Below, piece after piece: positions 1 to 8,056 of a DNA stretch of 31,848 nt. A program made the position numbers and the translations under genes. This DNA is from Candidatus Eiseniibacteriota bacterium (GTDB lineage: Bacteria > Eisenbacteria > RBG-16-71-46): NCBI GenBank assembly GCA_044222065.1, contig JBGAOA010000049.1, forward strand, positions 1 to 31,848. Direction: 5' to 3'. Position 1 is the first letter of the stretch. The number at the start of each line of letters is the position of its first letter. The notes below the pieces were generated by a model that worked only from the letters and a program-made list of their open reading frames with translations, searched no databases and was not told the DNA's origin.

Positions 1-783
1 AGGGTGCTCCTCGAGGCGTGGCGCTTCACGTTCGGCTGCCTGCCCGCGCCGCTGCTCGCGCTCGCGGCGCTCGCGGCCGTCGCGGCGCTCGTCGTGGCGG
101 CGCGGTCCGCGCGCGTGCGCGCCGCGTGCGTCGCGCGGGTGCCGAAGGATGCGGGGCTCGTCGCGGGCTTCGTGTTCGCGTACGCGATCGGCATGGTCGC
201 GCTCCGCAGCCGCGTCGGCTTCGACGCCCTCGGCGCGCGGCTGCTGCTGCCGGCGATCGCGGCGCTCGTGCCGCTCGCTTCGGCGTTCGCGCTGCCCCGC
301 ACGGCGCGCCCGCGACCGCTCGTCGCGCCGTGCGTCGCGCTCGTGCTGCTCGTCGCGTTCGGCCTCGCGCTCGCGCGGCCGCTCCGGACGCCGTACGAGG
401 ACGGCATGGACGCGATCGCACGCTCGCCGCTCCTCACGTGGCTCTGGGCGCGCGCGCGTCCGGGCGAGGTGGTGCTCGCCGAGGACGCCGCCGACCTCGC
501 GTGGCGGCTGCGGGCGCGCGCCGCGGGTTCGCCGCGCTTCGCGTCGTTCTCGCCCGCGCCCTACGGCGAGCCGCTCGCGCGCGCCGACGCGGACCGCGTC
601 GCGGCCGTGGCCGGAGCGCCGCTGCGGATCGTCGTGCGCACGGAGGCGGCGGATTCGTCCGAATGGCGCGCGCGCTACGGCGAGTGGCTCGCGGCCCGGC
701 TCGCGGGCGAGCCCGAGGCGGGCCTCGAACGCGAGGTCACGCTGCCGGGCGCCGTCGTGCTGCGCGTCGCGCGCACGCGCTGA
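1..783 (+). CDS. Integral membrane protein, 3' part only (start lies before the window); possibly a GT-C-like membrane glycosyltransferase
   Basis: Frame is open from the window start to TGA 781-783. About four hydrophobic Leu/Ala/Val segments are followed by a soluble C-terminal domain. The family assignment is a guess from architecture. Confidence 0.6.
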   Translation, partial: RVLLEAWRFTFGCLPAPLLALAALAAVAALVVAARSARVRAACVARVPKDAGLVAGFVFAYAIGMVALRSRVGFDALGARLLLPAIAALVPLASAFALPRTARPRPLVAPCVALVLLVAFGLALARPLRTPYEDGMDAIARSPLLTWLWARARPGEVVLAEDAADLAWRLRARAAGSPRFASFSPAPYGEPLARADADRVAAVAGAPLRIVVRTEAADSSEWRARYGEWLAARLAGEPEAGLEREVTLPGAVVLRVARTR

Positions 784-879
784 GCGCCGTTTGCCGCGCG
801 GCTCCGGCTGGTGTACCAGTTCCCGCCCCCCGGGACCGCACGGTGCGGACTCGGGACGACCTTTCGAAAGGAACTCCTC

Positions 880-1467
880 ATGAAGTTCAAGAGCATCCTG
901 CTCGCGGCGTTGATCGCGGTCGCCGGCGCGTCGTCCGCGCACGCGGCGAAGATGTGGATCGGTCCGACGGCCGGCCTCGGCATGCCGATGGGCGCCTTCT
1001 CGGACGTCGCGAGCACCGGCTTCAACCTCGGCCTCACGGGCGACTACCCGCTGAACGAGAGCCTCGTCCTCGGCGGCGAAGCCGGCTGGCACGGCTTCGG
1101 CGGTTCGGACGACTTCGAGAAGGCGCAGTCGGCCGCGATCGGCTCGTCGGTGGACGCGAAGGTCAACATCGTTCCGGTGATCGTGCACGGCAAGTGGATG
1201 ATCCCGTCGGGCGGCGGCGGAATGAAGCCGTACCTCAAGCTCGGCCTCGGCCTCTACCGCTCGAGCACGAAGGTCGAATTCACCGGCGGCGACGACACGA
1301 CCACGGACACGAACTTCGGCTACGAACTCGGCGCGGGCCTGAACTACCCCGTCAACGACAACGTCTCGTGGGGCGTGGACGGCGCGTTCCACTCGATCCA
1401 GTCGGACGGTGACGCCGCGAACCTCATCACGGTGCGCGCGCAGCTGCACTTCGGCTTCGGCCAGTAG
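880..1467 (+). CDS. Outer-membrane beta-barrel protein (OmpA-like/OMP_b-brl, small barrel)
   Basis: ATG 880 follows AAAGGAA. Sec signal MKFKSILLAALIAVAGASSAHA, amphipathic strands (GFNLGLTGDY, KPYLKLGLGLY, FGYELGAGLNY) and an aromatic-rich C-terminal strand QLHFGFGQ. Strong codon bias. Confidence 0.88.
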   Translation: MKFKSILLAALIAVAGASSAHAAKMWIGPTAGLGMPMGAFSDVASTGFNLGLTGDYPLNESLVLGGEAGWHGFGGSDDFEKAQSAAIGSSVDAKVNIVPVIVHGKWMIPSGGGGMKPYLKLGLGLYRSSTKVEFTGGDDTTTDTNFGYELGAGLNYPVNDNVSWGVDGAFHSIQSDGDAANLITVRAQLHFGFGQ

Positions 1468-1488
1468 CCGGCGCCACGCGGTCACGCC

Positions 1489-1516
1489 CGCGGGCCGGGA
1501 GCGATCCCGGCCCGCG
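1489..1516. terminator. Intrinsic terminator-like hairpin between convergent genes
   Basis: CGCGGGCCGGGA-GCGA-TCCCGGCCCGCG: perfect 12-bp stem with a GNRA loop, followed by TCGCGTTTC. Confidence 0.75.
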
Positions 1517-1548
1517 TCGCGTTTCGGGGTGGACGAGCGGTTCGGCGA

Positions 1549-4500
1549 TCAGGCGCGCGCGCGCGGCGCCGAAGGCTGCTCGGCCCCGCCCGCGACGAGC
1601 GCGTCGTATCGATAGCCCGCGCGCTCGGCGCGGCGCTGCTCGGCGCCGACCCACGCCTCGATGCGGCCGAGCGCCGTCGCGTCCGGTCGGCCCGCGGCGA
1701 GCGCGAGCAGGGACGGGAGCGTGCGCCACCACACGAAGCGCGCGTGTGATTCGCGCCGGAACCAGCGCACGCCCTGCGACTCGTGCACGCCGAGGAGCCA
1801 GCGCACGTCGGCGTCGTCGCGCCAGGGATCGGGCGTCGCGACCGCGACCTCGGGGGCCCACGCGGCGTGGGCGAACGCCGCGCGCACCGCGGCCGCACCC
1901 TGCCAGCGCTGCTCGTCGCCGACCGCGATGCCGCGCCGCTCGAACGCCGCGAACACGCCGGCCTTGAGCCGCAGCGCGTCCATCAGCTCGAGCGCCGCCG
2001 CGTCGGGATCGAATTCGCTCGCCGTCTCGCCGAGCGCGCGCAGCGCCGCCCACGCGAGCGCGAGCGCGTACGGACCGCCGTGCGCGCGGGCGTCGGCGTC
2101 GGCGTGCAGCGGGACGACCGGCAGCGCCGCGCGCGCGTCGTCCTCTTCGGTCCAGGGGCGGCCCGCGACGCGCTCGGCGACGTGGTGCAGCGCGTCGAAG
2201 GCCGCGAGCGCGCGCTCGATTGCGCGCGATTCGTCGCCGTCCCAGCGCCGCTCGGGATCGAGTCCGTAGCGCGCGGCGGCCGGGCCGTGGGCGAACGCGC
2301 GCGCGCTCGCGAGGAAGGCGCGGAGCCGGCGTTCGAACGTGTCGCGCGCCTCGACCGCGTGCGCCGCGCGTTCGCCGGCGCGCGACGGATCGCGGTACGC
2401 GAAGCTCGCGGCGGCCTCCGCGAGCGCCTCGCGCGCGGGCGCGAGTTCGCGTTCGAGCAGCGCGTCCTCGAGGTTCGGCGCGCCGCGGCCGCCGAGTTCG
2501 GCGCACAATTCGCCCCACGCGCGTCCGTCGGCCGGAACGGCGCGCCAGTCGAGCAGCACGCGGGAGCCGTAGGCCCCGAGCTCGACACGCAGCCCCTCGC
2601 GCTCGAGCGCGTGCGCGTCGTACAGGAACTCGAGCCCGCTCACGACGTCGCGGCATCGCATCCACGGGGCGTGCGCGGAGTCCGCGCCGAGCGCCTCGGC
2701 GAGCGCCGTCTGCCGCAGCGGCCGGGTGCCGTCGTCGCGCTTCTCGGCGAACGCGACCGAGGTGCGGATCCAGCCGCGCGCGTCGGCGTAGCGGTTGTGG
2801 AACAGCACGAGCCCGCGTTCCGCGCCCGAGCGGTTCGAGTACGCGAACACGTCCTCGTTCACGTGTCCGCCCTCGTTCCACAGGTCGTAGAGGCGGAACT
2901 CGCGCGCGCCCGACCACAGCCAGCGGCGGCGCAGGAGCGGCACGATGCGGCGCCAGTGCTCGGCGACGAGTCCGTCGTCCTGCGACTCGTGGCGCATCGC
3001 GCGGCGGAACTCCATGCCGTACTTCTCCTCGAAGCCCTCGATCTGCCCGTGACCGAACATCGGCAGGCCCGGCAGGGTCGCGAGCATCGTGCAGACGCCG
3101 AAGTACTTCTCGCCGCGTCCGTACTGGTCCACGGCCGTGCGCTCGTCGGGGTTGTTCACGAAGTTCACGTAGCGCTGCAGGATGTCCGGGTCGAACTCGA
3201 TCGTGTTCTTGATGACGCTACGGTAGTTCGCGTTCTGCTCGTCGCGCGTCATGTTCATGAACGCGCTGTTGTAGACGCGGTGCATGCCGAGCGTGCGGAC
3301 GAAGTAGCCCTCCATGAGCCAGAACGCCTCGGCGAGCAGCAGCGTTCCGGGCGCCTCCGCCGCGACGCGGTCCACGACCTCGCGCCAGAACTCGTTCGGC
3401 ATCGCCGCGACGAAACGGTCGGCGGTCATGCCGTGCTCGGCGCGCGACGGGATCGCGCCGCCCGCGCCCGGCTCCGGGAACCACAGGCGCTGCACGTGGC
3501 GGCGGGCGAGCGTCATCGCGGCGTCGAAGCGGATGATCGGGAAGCGGCGCGCGACGTCGAGGATCGTGCGGATGACCTGCTCGCGCGTCGCGGGATTCAG
3601 GTAGTCGAGCTGCGCCGTGTCGTTCCACGGGAAGCTCGTGCCGTCGTTGCCGTGGTAGATGAAGCGCGTCTCGCCGCTCCAGCGGTCGCGGCGCCGGAAC
3701 ACGACCGCCGCGTCGGTGCGGTCGAAGTAGTGGTCCTCGATCTTGATCTCGACGCGCGGATCGTGGGACAGGTCGGTGCCCTCGAACGAGTAGGCCGGGT
3801 AGGGGCTCGCGGGCAGCGACAGGAACCACTCGGGGTGCTCGATCACCCAGCGCGAGTCGAGTCCCATGTGGTTCGGGACCATGTCGCTCGCGAGCCGCAG
3901 CCCACGGCGTGCCGCGCGGTCGCGCAGTCCGCGCCACGCGTCCTCGCCGCCGAGGTCGGATGCGATCGCGTAGTCGAACAGCGAGTACGCCGAGGCCGCC
4001 GCGTCCGGATTGCCCGTGAGCTGCTTGATGCGCCGCGACGCCTCGCTGCGCTCCCACAGCCCGATCAGCCACAGCCCGTTGATGCCGAAGGCCGCGAGGC
4101 GGTCCAGCTCCTCGTCGGGAACCTGGTCGAGCCGCTTCACCTCGCGGCCGTACTCCCGCGCGAGCTGGTCGAGCCACACGTGGACGCTCTTCGCGAGCAG
4201 CACGCAGTCCGGCATCCAGTGCTCGTCGCGGCTGAAGCGCTCGTACTCGACGTCCTGCGTGCCGAAGCGCGGGACCGCTCCCGCGCCCGAGTCGCCGCCG
4301 AAGTGCCGCTCCGCCGCGAGCCGGCGCGCGTGCTCGCGCGCTTCGAACCAGCGCGTCTCCTCGCGCAGCACGTCGAGCCCGACGAGCACGCGCGTCAGCA
4401 GGTCGCCGAGCAGCCAGCTCCAGCGCTCGCGCAGCCAGTCGAGCTGCGCGAACAGCGAGTCCGGCGCCGCGTCCATCGGGGCGCGCAGGAAGTCCACGAG

Positions 4501-5088
4501 GTTCGCGCCCTCGGGGCCGAAGCGCGGGCGCGTCTCGAAGAATTCGCGCACGAGCGACGTGAACGCGCCGTAGCCGGTCGCGTGCGCGAGCTCGCGGTCG
4601 TCGAACAGCTCGCGGTACGGAGCGCACGCGCGGTTCGCGTTCCCGAGCCACAGCAGCAGCAGCTCCTCGAGCGCGACGGCGCGGTGCGGCGTCCCGTCGG
4701 TAGCCCCGGCGAGCCACGCGCGCGCCGTGCGCTCGCCGCGGTGGACGGCGAGCGGCGGGAAGTCCGTCGCGAAGCGCTCGAGCATCGACTCGAGGCGATC
4801 GGCGCCGAGCCGCGACTCGAACCACGCGAGCGCGTCGTGCCACACGCGCGGGTCCTGGCGCTCGCGGAAGCGCGCGACCGCGAGGTGCATCGCCTCGTCG
4901 AGCAGTCCGATCGCGTAGAGGTCGGCGCCCGAGGCGACCGGCGCGCCGCCGCGAGCGCGCGTCAGCGCCGCCGCGAGGCGGCGAGCCGCGGCGGGGTCGC
5001 CGAGCACGAGGCGGCCGCTCTGCGCGAACAGCATGCCGTCGAAGCGGCAGCGCTCGCGCGCGGCGCGCGAGAGGTGGAACTCGAACAA
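1549..5088 (-). CDS. Large alpha-amylase-family (GH13) glycoside hydrolase with long N- and C-terminal extensions
   Basis: GH13 conserved regions SDMVPNH (I), IRFDAAM (II, nucleophile D), LLAEAFW (III, acid/base E) and FVNNPDE (IV). TTG 5088 (MFEFHLSR) is preferred as start because AGGAG lies 10 nt upstream and the track's ATG at 5133 overlaps a TATGCT -10-like box. Confidence 0.88.
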   Translation of the reverse strand: MFEFHLSRAARERCRFDGMLFAQSGRLVLGDPAAARRLAAALTRARGGAPVASGADLYAIGLLDEAMHLAVARFRERQDPRVWHDALAWFESRLGADRLESMLERFATDFPPLAVHRGERTARAWLAGATDGTPHRAVALEELLLLWLGNANRACAPYRELFDDRELAHATGYGAFTSLVREFFETRPRFGPEGANLVDFLRAPMDAAPDSLFAQLDWLRERWSWLLGDLLTRVLVGLDVLREETRWFEAREHARRLAAERHFGGDSGAGAVPRFGTQDVEYERFSRDEHWMPDCVLLAKSVHVWLDQLAREYGREVKRLDQVPDEELDRLAAFGINGLWLIGLWERSEASRRIKQLTGNPDAAASAYSLFDYAIASDLGGEDAWRGLRDRAARRGLRLASDMVPNHMGLDSRWVIEHPEWFLSLPASPYPAYSFEGTDLSHDPRVEIKIEDHYFDRTDAAVVFRRRDRWSGETRFIYHGNDGTSFPWNDTAQLDYLNPATREQVIRTILDVARRFPIIRFDAAMTLARRHVQRLWFPEPGAGGAIPSRAEHGMTADRFVAAMPNEFWREVVDRVAAEAPGTLLLAEAFWLMEGYFVRTLGMHRVYNSAFMNMTRDEQNANYRSVIKNTIEFDPDILQRYVNFVNNPDERTAVDQYGRGEKYFGVCTMLATLPGLPMFGHGQIEGFEEKYGMEFRRAMRHESQDDGLVAEHWRRIVPLLRRRWLWSGAREFRLYDLWNEGGHVNEDVFAYSNRSGAERGLVLFHNRYADARGWIRTSVAFAEKRDDGTRPLRQTALAEALGADSAHAPWMRCRDVVSGLEFLYDAHALEREGLRVELGAYGSRVLLDWRAVPADGRAWGELCAELGGRGAPNLEDALLERELAPAREALAEAAASFAYRDPSRAGERAAHAVEARDTFERRLRAFLASARAFAHGPAAARYGLDPERRWDGDESRAIERALAAFDALHHVAERVAGRPWTEEDDARAALPVVPLHADADARAHGGPYALALAWAALRALGETASEFDPDAAALELMDALRLKAGVFAAFERRGIAVGDEQRWQGAAAVRAAFAHAAWAPEVAVATPDPWRDDADVRWLLGVHESQGVRWFRRESHARFVWWRTLPSLLALAAGRPDATALGRIEAWVGAEQRRAERAGYRYDALVAGGAEQPSAPRARA

Positions 5089-5158
5089 GGGCGCGGGGCT
5101 CCTAGGTGAGGGCGTCCGGAGTGCGGGCAGCATAGCAGGCGGCCCGGCGGCGGGCGCG

Positions 5159-6433
5159 TCAGCCGGCCGCGAGCCGGAACGGATTCGGGCGGCGGAACCG
5201 GTCCACGATCGGCGCGACCTCGGCGAGCAGACCGTCGAGCGCCGAGTGCATCGTCGCGCGCAGCTCCGCGAGCAGCGCCGCGCGCGCCGTTTCGCCGCCG
5301 CCCGCCTCGAGACGCGGGCCCACGGCGATCGGCTCCGGCACGCGAACGTGCGCGGCGCGCGGTGCGACCGCGACGGGCGTGACGTTGTGGAGCGCGTTGC
5401 GGAAGCCGCGCGTGACGATCGCGGTGCGGATGCGCTTCAGGTTCTCGGCGATGTGCTCCTGCGCGAGCGTCTCGCCGCCGTAGGACGCCGCGTCGAACGT
5501 TCCGAGCCGCTCGATCTCGGCCACGATCGAACGATCGCGGCGCGACGCTTCGGGCGCCTCGGCCGCGCGCGCGCGGATCGCGCGCCGCAGCGCGTGGAGC
5601 CGTCGGGGAACGTCGCCCTCGACGCGGCCGTAGGCCGATTCGAGCCGCGCGAGCAGCCGGTCCTGCAGCGAACCTTGCGCGGCGAAGAACGCCGCGCCGT
5701 CCCCGGGCCCGTCCGCGAGCGGCGAGTCGAAGCGCGCGGCACGCGTGCGGAGCAGGTTCCACTGCAGCGCCTCGAAACGCCGCTCGAGCGCGAGCCCGGC
5801 GGGGGAGGGCAGGCCGAGCGCCCGCTCGATGCGCTCCATCTCGCGCACGAGCGGCGCGCCGACGTCGCGCGTGAAGTGGAGCTTCCACACGACCGGCACG
5901 ACGTACACGGGGCGCGCGAGGCCCTCCGCACGCACGCGCTCGGCGGCGTCCCACGCCATCTCGACGATGCCCGGCACGAGCGGGCCGACGCGGTCACCGC
6001 GCCAGCTCGCCGTGCCCTCGGGGTGCAGCAGCACGCCGTGGCCCTCGAGCGCGTGGCGCACCGAGTACTCGCGGCCGCCCCCGCCCGGCACGTTCGCGAT
6101 CAGGTTGTTCGCGAGCCAGAACGACTGCGCGAGCGGGTTCATGTTCACGATCTCCCACGTCGCCCAGTGCGCCATGAGCGGCGAGCAGCGCGTCGAGAGT
6201 TCCTTGTCGATCATCCAGTCGGTGAAGAACTCGGGGTGGTTAGGACCGACGAACGCCGCGGTGCCGGGGTTGACGCCCCGCCGCAGTCGCGCGAGATCGG
6301 CGTCGGGCCAGTCGAGCGACTCGAGGCGCACGAGGCCGCGCAGCACGGCGTGGCGCACGACCGGGCCGAACGCCCGGATGAGCGCGGGGTTCGGGCGGGG
6401 ATCGCGATAGGCGAGCGGATCGAAGCGCGGCAC
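5159..6433 (-). CDS. Glycerolipid acyltransferase (PlsC/LPLAT superfamily), long form
   Basis: NHPEFFTD (HX4D catalytic motif), LLHPEG (FPEG-like block) and YVVPVVW. GTG start. Confidence 0.75.
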   Translation of the reverse strand: MPRFDPLAYRDPRPNPALIRAFGPVVRHAVLRGLVRLESLDWPDADLARLRRGVNPGTAAFVGPNHPEFFTDWMIDKELSTRCSPLMAHWATWEIVNMNPLAQSFWLANNLIANVPGGGGREYSVRHALEGHGVLLHPEGTASWRGDRVGPLVPGIVEMAWDAAERVRAEGLARPVYVVPVVWKLHFTRDVGAPLVREMERIERALGLPSPAGLALERRFEALQWNLLRTRAARFDSPLADGPGDGAAFFAAQGSLQDRLLARLESAYGRVEGDVPRRLHALRRAIRARAAEAPEASRRDRSIVAEIERLGTFDAASYGGETLAQEHIAENLKRIRTAIVTRGFRNALHNVTPVAVAPRAAHVRVPEPIAVGPRLEAGGGETARAALLAELRATMHSALDGLLAEVAPIVDRFRRPNPFRLAAG

Positions 6434-6445
6434 GGCGGTCAGCCT

Positions 6446-6591
6446 AGCAGGCTACTGAATAAGTCGATCACTGCATTGTCTTGGTCGCTTCTCGCTGCGG
6501 AGTATCCAGCGGAGACACCTCCGGGGCACCGACGCAGAGCGTGGGTCGCGCTCCCTCGACGCCTCGTCCTCGACTTTTTCAGCAGCCTGCT
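6446..6591. repeat. Intergenic inverted-repeat element copy 1 (MITE-like or structured RNA/DNA)
   Basis: AGCAGGCTACTGAATAAGTCGA (6446-6467) and TCGACTTTTTCAGCAGCCTGCT (6570-6591) are complementary at 20/22 positions. Core CTGCGGAGTATCCAGCGGAGACACCTC is shared with 24859-24985. The left end starts within CTAG. Confidence 0.8.
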
Positions 6592-6628
6592 CGTGCAGCC
6601 GCGCGGACGTGTCGCGCCCGCACGGGGC

Positions 6629-6657
6629 TTGACGCGCCGCGGCCGAGGCCGAATGCT
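6629..6657 (+). promoter_or_regulatory. Putative sigma70-type promoter for the M20 peptidase gene
   Basis: TTGACG-N17-AATGCT, ending 32 nt upstream of ATG 6690. Confidence 0.4.
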
Positions 6658-6689
6658 GCGCCACTTCCGCCGACCGACCGGAGCCCGCC

Positions 6690-8054
6690 ATGACCGATTT
6701 CCGCGCCGCCGACGCGTTCCTGGAGTCCCGCCTCGATGCGAGCCTCGACGAGCTGTCGAGGCTCGTCGCGCAGCCGAGCGTGTCGGCGACGGGCGAAGGC
6801 ATCGAGGCGTGCGCGGCGCTCGTGGCCGAACTCCTGCGCGCGCGCGGCTTCGAGACCGAGGTGATTCCGACCGCGGGAGCGCCGGTCGTCGTCGGCGAGC
6901 GGGCCGGCCGCAGCGAGAAGACGCTGCTCGTCTACAACCACTACGACGTCCAGCCGCCCGAGCCGCTCGAACTGTGGGACTCGCCGCCGTTCACGCCCAC
7001 GCTGCGCGACGGCAAGCTCTACGGGCGCGGGGTGAGCGACGACAAGGCGCACATCGTGTCGCGGCTGCACGCGATCGACGCGCTACTCGCGACCGACGGC
7101 GAACTGCCGTGCCGCGTGAAGTTCGTGATCGAGGGCGAGGAAGAGACGAGCAGCCGTCACCTGCACGGCTTCGTTCGCGAGCACCGCGACCGACTCAAGG
7201 CCGACGCCTGCCTGTGGGAGTTCGGCGCCGTGGACCACCGCGACGTTCCGCTCCAGTACCTCGGCCTGCGCGGCATCTGCTACGTCGAGCTGTCGGTCGA
7301 GACGGGAACGCTCGACGCGCACTCGGGGCTCGCGGGCTCGATCTTCCCGAACGCCGCGTGGCGGCTGACGTGGGCGCTCGCGTCGCTCAAGGGCGAAGAC
7401 GAGCGCATCCGCATTCCCGGCTGGTACGACGACGTCGTGCCGCCGACCGCGCGCGACCGCGAGCTGCTCGCGGCGCTCGCCGACCCCGCGGCCGAGTACC
7501 GGGCGCGCTACGGCATCCGGGGCTTCGTGCGCGGACTCGCGGGCGGAACGGACCTGCGCATCGCCGAGGTGTTCGAGCCGACGTGCACGATCTGCGGGCT
7601 CACGAGCGGCTACCAGGGCGCGGGCTCGAAAACGGTGCTGCCGGCGCGTGCGTCGGCCAAGGTGGACTTCCGACTCGTGCCCGACCAGACGCCCGAACGG
7701 GCGCTGTCGCTGCTGCGCGCCCACCTCGATGCGAGCGGCTTCGCCGACGTGCGCGTGGACTTCCTCGGCGGCGAGCCTCCGGCGCGCACCGATCCCGACC
7801 ATCCGTTCGTGAAGCTCGTGGTGGACGCCGCCGAGCCGGTCTACGGGGCGCGAATGGAGATCACGCCGATGATCGGCGGGTCCGGCCCGAGCCATCCGTT
7901 CGTCCACGATCTCGGGCTGCCGGTCGTGATGGCGGGCTGCGGTTACCCGGGCACGCAGGCGCACGCGCCGAACGAGAACGTGCGCGTGGACCTGTACCTG
8001 AAGCACGCGCGCCACGTCGTCCGGATCCTGAGCGCGCTCGGAGCGGCGCGCTGA
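6690..8054 (+). CDS. M20/M25/M40 family metallopeptidase/deacylase (ArgE/DapE/dipeptidase-like)
   Basis: Motifs YNHYDVQP, GRGVSDDK, EGEEE, AHSG and HAPNEN. GGAG RBS. Confidence 0.93.
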   Translation: MTDFRAADAFLESRLDASLDELSRLVAQPSVSATGEGIEACAALVAELLRARGFETEVIPTAGAPVVVGERAGRSEKTLLVYNHYDVQPPEPLELWDSPPFTPTLRDGKLYGRGVSDDKAHIVSRLHAIDALLATDGELPCRVKFVIEGEEETSSRHLHGFVREHRDRLKADACLWEFGAVDHRDVPLQYLGLRGICYVELSVETGTLDAHSGLAGSIFPNAAWRLTWALASLKGEDERIRIPGWYDDVVPPTARDRELLAALADPAAEYRARYGIRGFVRGLAGGTDLRIAEVFEPTCTICGLTSGYQGAGSKTVLPARASAKVDFRLVPDQTPERALSLLRAHLDASGFADVRVDFLGGEPPARTDPDHPFVKLVVDAAEPVYGARMEITPMIGGSGPSHPFVHDLGLPVVMAGCGYPGTQAHAPNENVRVDLYLKHARHVVRILSALGAAR

Positions 8055-8056
8055 GC

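Noticed and set aside
785..796. CGCCGTTTGCCG upstream of the OMP gene as another LytTR box
   Set aside because: It is a single copy with no partner at 21-bp spacing and is likely chance at this GC content.
1783..5109. 1108-aa plus-strand ORF
   Set aside because: Antisense shadow of the GH13 gene with no motifs.
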